Positions 20,075-30,859 of a stretch of DNA of 64,000 nt are shown here, in pieces. The position numbers and the translations under genes were made by a program. Numbering within the stretch: position 1 is the first letter of the stretch; each line of letters starts with the position of its first letter. The DNA is from Candidatus Freyarchaeum deiterrae. GTDB lineage: Archaea > Asgardarchaeota > Jordiarchaeia > Jordiarchaeales > Jordiarchaeaceae. The DNA lies in the NCBI GenBank assembly GCA_037305845.1, contig CP147778.1:32001-96000 (forward strand). Reading direction: 5' to 3'. The notes under the pieces are model-generated. The model was not told where the DNA came from. It did no database searches and saw only the letters and a program-made list of their open reading frames with translations.

Positions 20075-22817
20075 AGAAGAACTTCTTAAAAAGTTGGAAG
20101 ATGGCAGGCCTTTTATCTTATTAGCTGAGATTGGTGCATACTTACATGATTTAGGTAAGGTAAGAAAGGAGTTTGTTATCGAGGGCAAAAGTAAGGGTCA
20201 TAACTTTCGTTCTGTACTTCCACAAGACCTACAGGATACTCTGATTAAAATTGAGGTAGATGTTTGTGGAGAACGTACAACTCTAATGGATTTTATAGAA
20301 AAGCACCATCCAGAACAGGAAATCGGCGGAAAACAAAACGATTGTGATATTCCTCCCATTATAAGACTTTTATATGCTGGATGGAACGGCTACGATGGAA
20401 TAGATTCAGGATTAGATAAGGGAGCTACAGAAAAACAAAATGAAAATAATGTTTACATCGCTACGGCCTTTGGTTATGAGCCCGATGAAAATAAAGTGGA
20501 AGATGTTGCTGCATTAAAAAAAGAGTTATACAATATTGTGAAAGGGGCACTAAGTAGTTACGAAACTGACAATGATGTTGTAAAACTTAGGAAGGCAATT
20601 ATAAAGGACACTAAAAATTATTATCTTAAACTTTTAGGTGAGACTCGTCGTCCTGCAAATGACGTTACGCTTTGGGATCATTCATATTCTGTGGCCACTC
20701 TTTTTAAATGTGTAGTTGCAAAGAATGTCGTTGATTGTTCTAGCGCTTCGTTCGATCCTTTGGATTTTAACTGGAGAATTCTATCTATTAATATGGATAT
20801 ATTGGGTATACTCGCCAAAGGCATTAAAGTAGGTGATATGTTAGGCTATAAAGCAGAGATAGATAATGTATTGGATAGTGTCAAGATACTTATTGAAGAG
20901 ATATATCCTCTTGGGAACGAGTTATATAGGGATGCAAGTGGTATTTATTTTTTAATTCCCGACATAAATTTTAAAACAGTAATTTTAAATTGGTTAAAAG
21001 ATATTGAACCTGAACTTATGCCAGCAATTATTGTTGAAGAAATGCCCGTAACCAATTTACCATCTTCTAACTATCGATTTGATTGCCCAAATCAGCAAGG
21101 GAATATCCCTCAAAACATACAGTTTATTAGAGAGCATATAGAAAAAAATAAAAAAGAGTTTATAAAAAAACTCCTTCCTGAAGCAAGACGAGCGGCTATC
21201 CAAGAAATGTCTTATCCTACATCATCTGATAGATTTTTCTCAGATAAATTTGAAGGAGACTGGAACACTAAAGAGATTTGCTCTATTTGTATGCTTAGAC
21301 CCGTGGAGGAGAATTCAGAAGGATGCGAACATTGTCTAAAAAGAAGGAGAAGCACAGCGATAAATTGGATCAAGAATCCAGAGAGAACAATCTGGCTTGA
21401 TGAAGTTTCCGACCATAATGATAGAGCTGCACTTCTAGTAGGATGCTTTGTTATGGATGATTGGTTAGATGGGCTATTTATCAAAACAATGACTTTAAAA
21501 ACGAATCCACATACTACAAAAAACGCGTCTCCTGCTCGCATTAGGCGAGTTTGGGAAACTACTCTAAAATTTATAAAAGAATCTATTTTTGCTAATATAT
21601 TAGCAAAGTTTTCTTATTCGGAAATAATAAACGATTTAGAACTTAGAAGAAAAAGGATTAATTTTAGAATTATACCAAACCCCGATATACCCCAACTTGC
21701 AACTTTAGATTTGAATTTAAAGGGTGTCACATTTAGTCCAGTATGCGTAGATAAAAACAATGATACTTTTGTTACTACTATAAACCTCCAAATTTTAGGA
21801 AGATGGGGTAAAACACCAGAAGAGATTGCGTCTTATATGAATGATAAAAAGATAAAGATTAAAGTAGATGGATCTCGGAAGGATGCAAAAATATCAGAAT
21901 GCAAGGTTTGCGATGATAAGTTTCAGAACTATGCACCTTTTATTCAAATATATGATTCTCCCGATCAGTTTATGGCGCTTGTGCCCGCCTACCATGCGCT
22001 GGACATTGCAGAGAAAATAGTTGAAGAGTATAAGATCCAGTTCTCAAAGGTTAGAGATAGACTACCATTTCATATTGGAATAATAGCATTTCACAGAAAA
22101 ACACCTCTTTATGTGACAATGGATGCAGGAAGGAGACTTGTTGAAGCCTTTAAAAGAGAAGGTAAGACGATAAACGCAAGGATTGACTATATTCAGGATG
22201 TTATGGATCAGAGATTTGGATACAAAGTAAAAGAACTGACACTTCAAGTTGATCCTTCTTTCTCTTATGTTCCCTATAAGCGGAAGATCTCTTACTCTAC
22301 AGGAGACCCAAATCAGGAGGATGAATGGTACACCTATTTTAGGATTAAGGGTGCCAACCCTAATAGAGGAAATTACTCTTTTGATTATACTGGCAATGGT
22401 AATTATGTTGTTCATGTGAAGGGATTACTTGTTAATGATTGTGTAAACATTGAAAGCTCGCATTTCAATTTATTTTACATTGAGAATGCCGCGGATCGGT
22501 TTAAAGTTGATGAAAATTTGAGACCACTAGATGATATACACCGATTAAATGAAATATGGGAAAAAATCAAGGAAAAGATGAGTTCAAAAAAATGGAGCAT
22601 CTCCCAAGTTTTCTCATTCTGGCAAGAGGTAAAAAAACGATATGAGGAATATGGTAGTGATGCAGTTTGGGAGAGTTTCACTAAATCCGCCTTGAGAAAT
22701 ATACTAAAAATTGTTCCAGAATCAGACGAAGAAAAGGAATTACTCCAAGCAGCAAAGGATGGTATATTATACCTTTGTTTAAACTGGCATCTGCAAGTCA
22801 GAAAAATCAAACCATAA
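20067..22817 (+). CDS. cas10: Type III-C Cas10 (Csx11), HD intact, Palm inactive
   Basis: LHDLGK; ETRRPANDVTLWDHS; CSIC..CEHC; SPARIRRVWET; SPDQ in place of GGDD. Confidence 0.92.
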   Translation: MSEEELLKKLEDGRPFILLAEIGAYLHDLGKVRKEFVIEGKSKGHNFRSVLPQDLQDTLIKIEVDVCGERTTLMDFIEKHHPEQEIGGKQNDCDIPPIIRLLYAGWNGYDGIDSGLDKGATEKQNENNVYIATAFGYEPDENKVEDVAALKKELYNIVKGALSSYETDNDVVKLRKAIIKDTKNYYLKLLGETRRPANDVTLWDHSYSVATLFKCVVAKNVVDCSSASFDPLDFNWRILSINMDILGILAKGIKVGDMLGYKAEIDNVLDSVKILIEEIYPLGNELYRDASGIYFLIPDINFKTVILNWLKDIEPELMPAIIVEEMPVTNLPSSNYRFDCPNQQGNIPQNIQFIREHIEKNKKEFIKKLLPEARRAAIQEMSYPTSSDRFFSDKFEGDWNTKEICSICMLRPVEENSEGCEHCLKRRRSTAINWIKNPERTIWLDEVSDHNDRAALLVGCFVMDDWLDGLFIKTMTLKTNPHTTKNASPARIRRVWETTLKFIKESIFANILAKFSYSEIINDLELRRKRINFRIIPNPDIPQLATLDLNLKGVTFSPVCVDKNNDTFVTTINLQILGRWGKTPEEIASYMNDKKIKIKVDGSRKDAKISECKVCDDKFQNYAPFIQIYDSPDQFMALVPAYHALDIAEKIVEEYKIQFSKVRDRLPFHIGIIAFHRKTPLYVTMDAGRRLVEAFKREGKTINARIDYIQDVMDQRFGYKVKELTLQVDPSFSYVPYKRKISYSTGDPNQEDEWYTYFRIKGANPNRGNYSFDYTGNGNYVVHVKGLLVNDCVNIESSHFNLFYIENAADRFKVDENLRPLDDIHRLNEIWEKIKEKMSSKKWSISQVFSFWQEVKKRYEEYGSDAVWESFTKSALRNILKIVPESDEEKELLQAAKDGILYLCLNWHLQVRKIKP

Positions 22818-22834
22818 AAGTTGGGGGTGAAAAT

Positions 22835-23806
22835 ATGAATGAAAATATGCCTAAAACAAAAACCTATTATTTGTTAACCCTTGATCCAGTCCATATTGGA
22901 ATTGGAGGGGCAAGATTAGGAAGGGTAGATTTACCTATAGTTAGAGAACCAGGAACAAATCTGCCAAAAATTCCTGGTACAAGCTTAAGCGGGCCCGCAA
23001 GAGCATATACTGCCATGGCAAGAAATAAATACAAGTGGAAAGATGAAAATGGTGAAGAGTATTACTGCGCAGGTCGTGGTGGTGAGGGAGGCGAAAACCA
23101 CTGTGGCAAAACTAATCCAGCTTGCCCTGTTTGTATTCCTTATGGTTTCTCAAAAGGCTCTGGAAACAGTATGCAGGGATTGGCTCAGCTCTTCGATGCA
23201 CTAATTCTTTTCTTTCCAGTAGCGTCAATGATCGGACCAGTGTGGGTGACCTCGCCTATGGCAATGGGAGGCCTTCTAAATGACAAATTTCAGGCACCTG
23301 AAGACGGTTTCTACCCTTTAGATGAAAATCTCAAAATCAAAAGCAGTTTAAACTTTGGATGGATTATGTTAAAAAAAGTAGAGAGGAATGTGAATAATCC
23401 TACTTTCGAGCTGGACAGCAAAATTCCTGAGATGGTTAGACAGCGTTCCGTTCTAGTTTCTGATAAACTTTTTTCATTTATTGTAAATAGCAACCTTGAG
23501 GTCAGGACTTCTGTAAGTATTGACCCAGCTACTGGAGCTGCAGAAAGCGGAGCACTTTTTACTTATGAGGCGATTCCGAGAGGCGCTATCTTGCGATTTG
23601 AAATAATTTACAGTTCAGGAAAAATTTTCAAAATTGGAGAGCAGGAACTAAAAACAGAGGAGAATGGTGATGTTGACCCTGCGTGGGTTAGAACACAAGT
23701 GGAAAAGGGATTGGCCCTTTTTGAAACATTAGGGATAGGCGGAATGAACACTCGTGGTATGGGAAGAATAAAAGTGCTTAATCTCGAAGAACAAGGAGGT
23801 GCTTAA
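22835..23806 (+). CDS. cmr4: RAMP Cmr4
   Basis: PVHIG...VDLPIVRE, PKIPGTSLSG, GALFTYEAIP, GIGGMNTRGMG. Confidence 0.95.
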   Translation: MNENMPKTKTYYLLTLDPVHIGIGGARLGRVDLPIVREPGTNLPKIPGTSLSGPARAYTAMARNKYKWKDENGEEYYCAGRGGEGGENHCGKTNPACPVCIPYGFSKGSGNSMQGLAQLFDALILFFPVASMIGPVWVTSPMAMGGLLNDKFQAPEDGFYPLDENLKIKSSLNFGWIMLKKVERNVNNPTFELDSKIPEMVRQRSVLVSDKLFSFIVNSNLEVRTSVSIDPATGAAESGALFTYEAIPRGAILRFEIIYSSGKIFKIGEQELKTEENGDVDPAWVRTQVEKGLALFETLGIGGMNTRGMGRIKVLNLEEQGGA

Positions 23807-24221
23807 TATGGGAAAAAATTTGGACAAGCTTTGCGCAGACTTCGGGAATAAGTTAGCTTGTGGGGTTTTCAAAGCATTTAACAATGACGCAGATAAGGCT
23901 GAAAATTTAATTTTAAAAGCATTAGATGTGCTTCAGGAGCAGGGAATTTATGCATTTACACTCTTTTGTGAATCTAGAGGAGACTCCGAAAAGAAAGGGG
24001 CGCAAATATTGGAATCAATTGCAGAAGAACTCCTTAGAGATAAGCTCTCATTTATCGGTAATGGTGATTTGTTGGAAGAAATCAGAAAAGATGGTGGTTT
24101 AGCTTCAGACATTGAAAATATTATTTTTGCTATTCAAGTGTTGGAGAAAACTCTTGTTTATGGTCGTTATCATGCAAAGGCAATGAAAAAACCTAAAATT
24201 ATTGGAGAAAAAACGATATGA
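23799..24221 (+). CDS. cmr5: Small subunit Cmr5/Cas11
   Basis: 140 aa helical protein, LQEQGIYAF, position in the cmr1-6-10-4-5-3 order. Confidence 0.8.
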   Translation: MLNMGKNLDKLCADFGNKLACGVFKAFNNDADKAENLILKALDVLQEQGIYAFTLFCESRGDSEKKGAQILESIAEELLRDKLSFIGNGDLLEEIRKDGGLASDIENIIFAIQVLEKTLVYGRYHAKAMKKPKIIGEKTI

Positions 24222-25114
24222 TTTGGCACTTTTATTCGTGGACATTCCAATTAAAATCACCTCTTCATATTGGCTACCATAAAATAATGCATTTATTTAG
24301 AACAAGACCTTATGTTCCTGGAAGACTCCTCTGGGGCGCTCTAACATCAAAACTAACACCCATACTTGAACTGGATAGTTACCAAAAGATAGGAAACTTT
24401 TTGAAAAAAACGATGCGATTTGGCTATCTTTATATCTATGCCGATAATCAGCTTTTCTTACCCTTTTATAGCGAAAGTGGGCTAAAGTTCGGCAATCTAT
24501 CTAAGAACGAATTTGATAAACGCTTTATTAGTTCTATAGCGTCTGCTCCTATAGATTCAGAATCATTAACTGCCGAAGAAGGTATGCTCCATGAAGTTGA
24601 ATTTATAAATCGGTATACAATCGACAGCGGAAATCCTGTTTTTTTGAAGGGAGTATTCTGGGTAAGAGAGTATCAAGATGGTAATTTGAGTATCACCAAA
24701 GAGGGCGATAGTCTGTTTGTTAGATACAACAGTACCAAGATCGATTTGGATATGCTGGCAAACAGTTTTCAAGTTGGTGGCGAAAGAAAATACGGATTTG
24801 GGTTATTAGAATTAAAGAAACCTGACGAATCTAAAGAAAAAGAATTAAAGAATTTCCCAGGGGAATGGAGCGAAAAAGCTGCAGAGCTATATTTAAAGTT
24901 GAAGAAAAACGATCCAGTTTGGTCTCATGTTTTATACACAAACAACATTGATATTAAAGGTAATATAGAACCGTTGGTAGGCAGAGATTGGGATACAAAA
25001 AAGGGCCCCGGCAAACAGTTAAATACATTCGGCCTATTTTGGTCTCCTGGTTCTATTCTTAACGAAGATAAAATTTTTAAAATCGATGAATCCGGCTTAT
25101 GGGAAGCAATATAG
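24218..25114 (+). CDS. cmr3: Cas5-group RAMP Cmr3-like
   Basis: SPLHIG, YVPGRLLWGAL, VGGERKYGFG, PGS. Confidence 0.8.
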   Translation: MIWHFYSWTFQLKSPLHIGYHKIMHLFRTRPYVPGRLLWGALTSKLTPILELDSYQKIGNFLKKTMRFGYLYIYADNQLFLPFYSESGLKFGNLSKNEFDKRFISSIASAPIDSESLTAEEGMLHEVEFINRYTIDSGNPVFLKGVFWVREYQDGNLSITKEGDSLFVRYNSTKIDLDMLANSFQVGGERKYGFGLLELKKPDESKEKELKNFPGEWSEKAAELYLKLKKNDPVWSHVLYTNNIDIKGNIEPLVGRDWDTKKGPGKQLNTFGLFWSPGSILNEDKIFKIDESGLWEAI

Positions 25115-25297
25115 GTATAATCTTCTCCTTTTCGCGGATAACTACCTTAACCACGTATTGGTAAAAAGATCCGAGTTAAGCAAAAATTTGAACACATTTT
25201 CTAAATTTTATTAATGGGAACAACAATATGAAAATTCCAGAGATGCAAGTGGTATAGAATTGTGCGGCCTTCTCAGAAATTACGGCTACCAGATTTA

Positions 25298-25494
25298 CAC
25301 TCAAAGCTAAAAACAAGCACTCAACACCAGACACGCACTAGCCAATATACTCAGCAGACTGCTGTACAGCAAGGGAGTGCTCGCCCTGAAGTTCAAACCA
25401 TTGGAAGGACTAAACGAAACCCTAACCAACAGAATAGAGTTCATCATAAAGTACCCCAGTGAAACCGCCTCAGGAAAAATAATAAAAGATTGAT
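25298..25494 (+). pseudogene. Decayed 'gene X' fragment
   Basis: DNA homologous to about 14877-15086 with indels. Confidence 0.8.
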
Positions 25495-25739
25495 AATTCT
25501 CTCTACTTTTAGGTGAACACATCTCAGCCATTGGCTCTGGTAACGATATAAAACTCCTTGTGTTTTTACTCCTTTTTCCATCAGGTTAAAATGCTTAAGA
25601 ATTTTTAATATTGGATTGAGGGTGTTTGTTTGGTTTGAGTATGTTTGTTGAGAGGGGTTATAAGATTCGTAGATTCAAAACAAGGAGAAAAATGGTATTT
25701 CAAGATAGTAATTCGGTATACCTTCTTTATTTGAATTAG

Positions 25740-26648
25740 TCAAATTACTAGTTTTTTTAATTGTGCATTAATATAGGGGTGTTCAACATTGATTTTCCAC
25801 AAATTTTTCCTTACACTTGGTGCACCCGGACCCTTATATTCCTTGAAGTACACCAGCTTGGTGGCGTACAGCCTGTTCAAGGAATAATCTATTTCCTCGT
25901 ACCTTCTTGCTTTCGCTTTTTCGCTCAATTTCTTTTGTATCTTATTTCTAGTCAAATAACCCGTGCTTTCTGATCCTTTACCAAGAATTGATTCTCTACT
26001 TTCTTTTGCGTATTCCTCTATCAGTAATTCTAAAATTTCTATGTCGCAATCGTTTAGATTTGCGATTTCATCGATACCTTCAATGGGAGCTATTCTTGTT
26101 TTCTTCAAGTGTTGTCTCATAAAGGAGGAGATAGTGGGTATCTGTCTTGTTGTGAACTCTTTCACTAGTTTAGTCCAAATGTTCACGGGAAGCTTTGGCA
26201 TTTCTTCTTCCAGTAGTAGGGCGGTTTCTTTGAATTTTTCCTCGATTTTGAGTAGGCTTGAAAAATGTTTGAACCAGGTTTGAAGCCCTTTTCGGGGAAG
26301 CAATGCATCTGAATAACCTTGTGTGGCTATAATTTTTGGATTCATGGTAATCAATACCGCTCGGAAGAATTTTTGAATCGACTCTGAATCATGGTCACTG
26401 AGCTTGTTAATTAAGTGTTTGAAGTTTGTCAGTAGATGGCTAAGTCCGAATGTTAAATCCGTCACAAATGAAATATTATTTCTCAAATATTTTCTTGAGA
26501 TGCGGTACTTTCGTTCTTGAAGTTTGGGTGTTAACGCTACGGTTCCTTTCTTGGTAAAAGCTATCATGTCGCTTTTTTCGCGTCCGAAAATTCTGATGAA
26601 ACACCAAAGGAGGGGAGCAGTGACACTGTCAAAGGTATTTTTCTCCAC
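25740..26648 (-). CDS. Hypothetical protein with C-terminal wHTH, downstream of cas3
   Basis: 302 aa ORF starting 20 bp after the cas3 stop; DIEILELL...LTRNKIQKKL...IDYSLNRLY. Confidence 0.7.
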   Translation of the reverse strand: MEKNTFDSVTAPLLWCFIRIFGREKSDMIAFTKKGTVALTPKLQERKYRISRKYLRNNISFVTDLTFGLSHLLTNFKHLINKLSDHDSESIQKFFRAVLITMNPKIIATQGYSDALLPRKGLQTWFKHFSSLLKIEEKFKETALLLEEEMPKLPVNIWTKLVKEFTTRQIPTISSFMRQHLKKTRIAPIEGIDEIANLNDCDIEILELLIEEYAKESRESILGKGSESTGYLTRNKIQKKLSEKAKARRYEEIDYSLNRLYATKLVYFKEYKGPGAPSVRKNLWKINVEHPYINAQLKKLVI

Positions 26649-26667
26649 AAAAATTTACATATTGACA

Positions 26668-29142
26668 TCACTTTTGATCCACTTCAAATCCTGTATCGGG
26701 CTGATACCACTTGGATATTTCTTCCTTAGGAATATATGTGAAAGCTCCTATTTTTTTAAAAGTTGGAGAATGGATTATTTTTTCTTTCATCTTATTGCTT
26801 TCTATTGAAAGAGTATATTGGTTTATATCCTTTTTTATTTTCATTAAGTTTCTTCTTTTTTCGTATCCTTTACTTTGTTCTACTGTTTTTTCAATTTCTT
26901 TTATAGTACGCTCTGCCTCTTCATCAATTTCAACAAATATAGATATGGAGTCTGATTTTTCTTTTATTAACTTGAATTCGTTTATATCATAAAAATTTAA
27001 ATTTCTTAGACATTCTACAATTCGTCTAGAGTCTTCTTCGCTTGTTCTTTCTGAAATTAGTTTATAATATTCATCTGCTGATTTTAAAACAAAATCTTTT
27101 TCCGATACTTTGTTTCCGAATTTTTTGATTATTTCTTTTGTAGCATCTACTAGTACCGAATCGTATATATATGAAAGAAAAGGCCTTTTATGTTTTTCAT
27201 CCTTTAACAATATTATATTGACCAAACCTTTTTTTTCTTTATTTTCCCTATTACATCTCCCCGCAGTCTGAATTAAGCAATCTAGTGGAGCCATATCTCT
27301 ATAAATAATATCTACACTTATATCTACACCAGCTTCAATTAATTGTGTACTCACAATAATCTTTCTTTTATTATCTAATTTTATTTTTTCGATCCTATTT
27401 AAACGGTATTTTGGCAAAATATGAGTTGACAAATTGATAAGTTCTAAGTCAGGAAAAATACAAATCCCATCTTTATCAAGACATTTTTTGGAATCCACGT
27501 GATAGTGGTCAGAAAATTTATTTTTTAGATAAGTATACAGCTCCTTGCAAGAGTTGATAGTATTCAATACTATCATAAAATCCTTATCTTTATTATTTAA
27601 AAGTTCATTAAAGATCTCGTCTTTAAATTTGTTGAAATCTTTTTCATTGAGATCGAAGTTATACTCAACTCTATCGAATAATCTGAAATATTCTTCTCTA
27701 TTTTTTGCAAGTTCTCTTGTCTCTCTCTCTCCTTCAAAAATAAGTGGTTTTGTGGCTGTCATTAATATAATCCAACAATTGAAATTATCTGCCATATACT
27801 TTAATGCTTCTTTAACCAGAAGCCAATAACAATGAGGTATAGACTGTATTTCATCTAAAATTATTATCGAGTTTGTCATATTGTGAAATTTTCTCGCCGC
27901 TCTATTTTTATTTGTAATTAGGCTGTGAAAAAGTTGGACAAATGTTGTGATTATTATTTCAGAATGCCAACCTTCTGTAAGTAACAAAGAGTTATTTATG
28001 TCTTCAATGATATTTAACTCGTTATCTTCTGTCTTTTTTTCTCTGTATTCTACATCCGCCAGATGATGATGCTTTAATAATAGATTGGAGGGAATTTCCT
28101 TATACTCCTCGCTCTCTCTAAAAACTTTCTCGATTACTTCACTATTTTGGTCTATAATGCTTAAAAATGGTAGGGCGTATATTATTTTAGGAGTAAATCC
28201 AAAGTTTGCTGCAATTCTTTCTCTTAGATTTAATGCTAAAGAAAAACCTGTTAATGTTTTTCCCATTCCAGTTGGAAGATTTATGGATAAAATTCGTTCA
28301 CTGGTTATATCCAAACTTTGTAAGGAATTATTCACCTCGTTATACGCCCTTTCCCTAATGCTATCGATAAAGGTTTTACTTGCACCGAATTTAATTACTT
28401 TGTAATCGTTTACTATATTACTTCTAATCGTCTTAATTCTATCAGGAATCCTTGTTTCTGAAGCATCCAGTTTATCTGAATCCAAAAGGACAGAATAGAA
28501 AAAAAGAATAGAATAATAGTAGTCCATATTTTTTTCTTTACATAGTTTCTTTGCTTGAGTACGTATTTCTTCTGTAAATTTGGTAAGACTTTCACAATTA
28601 ACAAATATATTAAAAAACCCTTGAATTTCGAAATCTTCTAGAAGTTCACTATATATCCTCTTTATTTCATCCATATTATTATTAACAATATCGTCTATTT
28701 GTTTTTTAGCAGTTTTTATTTCACCTTCATCTTTTAACTTGTCAATTTCTCCATCTGTTCCTCTTATATTTCCAAGACTTCCATGATGCTTGTTTATAAT
28801 AATCCATGCTATTATCGGCATATACCAAAATTTTTCCAACTCGTTAATTTTGTTAAGATAAATTTTTGTGGTATAATATCCAAATAACGAAGACAAAAAA
28901 CCATGTTTGGCATATTTAGTTCTTTCTTTAGTGATCAAGTAATCTTGAAAGGCCTTGGTTGCCTTGCCAAAGTCGTGAGAAATTCCAATTATATAAGCTA
29001 CCTTAGAAAAAATTTCTTTATTTTGTATTCGTTTTGAACTCACTATATCTTCAGATAATTTACCAACATTTTTAAGATGGTTTCTTAACAATTTATCTGG
29101 ATGCGATTTTAGATTAAAGGAAAACAATATTTTCTTCTCCAA
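26668..29142 (-). CDS. cas3: Cas3 HD nuclease-helicase
   Basis: SHDFGK, PTGMGKT, DEIQ, MTAT, QTAGRCNR. Confidence 0.97.
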   Translation of the reverse strand: MEKKILFSFNLKSHPDKLLRNHLKNVGKLSEDIVSSKRIQNKEIFSKVAYIIGISHDFGKATKAFQDYLITKERTKYAKHGFLSSLFGYYTTKIYLNKINELEKFWYMPIIAWIIINKHHGSLGNIRGTDGEIDKLKDEGEIKTAKKQIDDIVNNNMDEIKRIYSELLEDFEIQGFFNIFVNCESLTKFTEEIRTQAKKLCKEKNMDYYYSILFFYSVLLDSDKLDASETRIPDRIKTIRSNIVNDYKVIKFGASKTFIDSIRERAYNEVNNSLQSLDITSERILSINLPTGMGKTLTGFSLALNLRERIAANFGFTPKIIYALPFLSIIDQNSEVIEKVFRESEEYKEIPSNLLLKHHHLADVEYREKKTEDNELNIIEDINNSLLLTEGWHSEIIITTFVQLFHSLITNKNRAARKFHNMTNSIIILDEIQSIPHCYWLLVKEALKYMADNFNCWIILMTATKPLIFEGERETRELAKNREEYFRLFDRVEYNFDLNEKDFNKFKDEIFNELLNNKDKDFMIVLNTINSCKELYTYLKNKFSDHYHVDSKKCLDKDGICIFPDLELINLSTHILPKYRLNRIEKIKLDNKRKIIVSTQLIEAGVDISVDIIYRDMAPLDCLIQTAGRCNRENKEKKGLVNIILLKDEKHKRPFLSYIYDSVLVDATKEIIKKFGNKVSEKDFVLKSADEYYKLISERTSEEDSRRIVECLRNLNFYDINEFKLIKEKSDSISIFVEIDEEAERTIKEIEKTVEQSKGYEKRRNLMKIKKDINQYTLSIESNKMKEKIIHSPTFKKIGAFTYIPKEEISKWYQPDTGFEVDQK

Positions 29143-29839
29143 CTTTGTAGAATTCTCCTTCTTTGATTTTCAATTCCCTTGCATTCATTTCGTACAGAAT
29201 ATCAACATATTCTTGAACTACCCTATCTTTGTTCATGACCATGGGTATTCTTTCTAGTCCATATATACCATCTTCTACCACTATTTCCATCCTGTCTCTT
29301 CTTATAACAGAATGAATTTTTTCCTCTTTACTAGTCTTTTTTAAAACAATATTCTTAAATTCTCCAATAAAACTAAAATTGGCTATTAATCCACTAATGC
29401 CTAAATAAGGTGTATAGAAAGTTTTGTGATTCTCCAAGAATTCTTTTAATTCATCATAAAGTTTTCCGTTTTTTAACCAAACATATATCCTATATTCGGG
29501 ATTTTTCACAAATTCAAATGGTATAAGTGTACGTGGATTTTCTTTAATGTCCCAAAGATAAAATCCTCGGCTGGTGTCTATTAAGCTTAAATTTATTCTT
29601 ACCTTTTTAATTGGTTGTAAGATTCTTATTGCAAATTTAGCATTCTCTTTAGAAAAAAATTCATAATACGAATCCCTCTCTAGTCCAACCACTGCCGATA
29701 CTATTCCTGATAATGCTGTTACTGTGGGTATTGAGTAGGTTAATGGAGATGTTGTTGTTTCAATTCTTCTGAAATGTGCATAATCTCCCCAAATGTCAAA
29801 TACTAATACTTTATTTACTTGCGGCATAGTTGTCATCAA
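29114..29839 (-). CDS. cas5: Type I-B Cas5
   Basis: GDYAHFR, TYSIPT..ALSG, YTPYLG. Confidence 0.95.
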   Translation of the reverse strand: MMTTMPQVNKVLVFDIWGDYAHFRRIETTTSPLTYSIPTVTALSGIVSAVVGLERDSYYEFFSKENAKFAIRILQPIKKVRINLSLIDTSRGFYLWDIKENPRTLIPFEFVKNPEYRIYVWLKNGKLYDELKEFLENHKTFYTPYLGISGLIANFSFIGEFKNIVLKKTSKEEKIHSVIRRDRMEIVVEDGIYGLERIPMVMNKDRVVQEYVDILYEMNARELKIKEGEFYKVGEENIVFL

Positions 29840-29857
29840 ACTTTTTGTGTTTGTAGA

Positions 29858-30859
29858 TTACATATTTAGGTTCAGAGGACTCGCTTGAAATCCCTCTTTT
29901 TTCAGATTTTCTTCTATTTCAGAACCTTTTATCTCAACGCCTTCCACAAAAAATACGACATCTTCGTTTACCTCGTATTCTATTTTCTCAATTTTTTCCT
30001 TATTTATTTTAAGTGTGTTTATAAGATCTGTAATGTCCAACTTTACTTCTGAAATATCTCTAATTTCTTTTTCATCTTTATCAGTTATTAGTCTGATTTT
30101 TTTGTCTATATAACCGATATGATAATTTTTTTCTTTGTAAATAACTCTTAAGAGTAATCTTGGAAGTTGACCTATTTTAGATCTTGTAATAAGATTTTTG
30201 GTCCCGTTCCAAATTCCATCCAAAAGTAAATTTACATCGTCTTCGGTGAGTTCGGTTGTTTTTGCAGCATTTTCATTTATTATTCCATAAAAACATATTA
30301 AGGAATATGGAAGAATATATTCGTCCCTAAAAGTCTTTTGCGCCTTTTCCTTTTCCGAAGCAAAAGCACCTGTACCTTTTATGTGGACTACTTCTACTTT
30401 ATGCAAAGACCTTCCGAACCTAAACTGTACAGGTCCAATCAAAGTTATGGAAGACTTTTCTTTTTCTGTTTTCTCGACTGGAATTGTTGCACCAAATAGT
30501 CTTACATCAATACAATTTTTTATTACATTTTCTCTCATCGTTTTCTTCATTTCTCCTAGAGGAAGATCTTTTTTGTCTTTTTTTTCTCCTTTCTCGTCTA
30601 CTAAGAAGTCTTCGATTCTCATTTTAGCATCTTGGATTTTTCCAGGCTCATACTCAATTGTTCTTACAAAAATTTCCTTCTCTTTAAAATTATGTAGATA
30701 GTCTCTAATTGTCCTTTTCAATCTAACATCGGTCACAATATTTATTTCTGTTTCTTCGTCTATTCTGGGTTTGTTTTCATCCATAGGGTCTCCATTTGGA
30801 TTTGCGTCTTTTATGTCGTACAGAAATACAATTTCAGATCTATTTTTTATTTCACTCAT
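29858..30859 (-). CDS. cas7: Type I-B Cas7 (Csh2)
   Basis: NPNGDP...PRID, TDVRLKRTIRDY, DVRLFGA, GPVQF. Confidence 0.96.
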   Translation of the reverse strand: MSEIKNRSEIVFLYDIKDANPNGDPMDENKPRIDEETEINIVTDVRLKRTIRDYLHNFKEKEIFVRTIEYEPGKIQDAKMRIEDFLVDEKGEKKDKKDLPLGEMKKTMRENVIKNCIDVRLFGATIPVEKTEKEKSSITLIGPVQFRFGRSLHKVEVVHIKGTGAFASEKEKAQKTFRDEYILPYSLICFYGIINENAAKTTELTEDDVNLLLDGIWNGTKNLITRSKIGQLPRLLLRVIYKEKNYHIGYIDKKIRLITDKDEKEIRDISEVKLDITDLINTLKINKEKIEKIEYEVNEDVVFFVEGVEIKGSEIEENLKKEGFQASPLNLNM

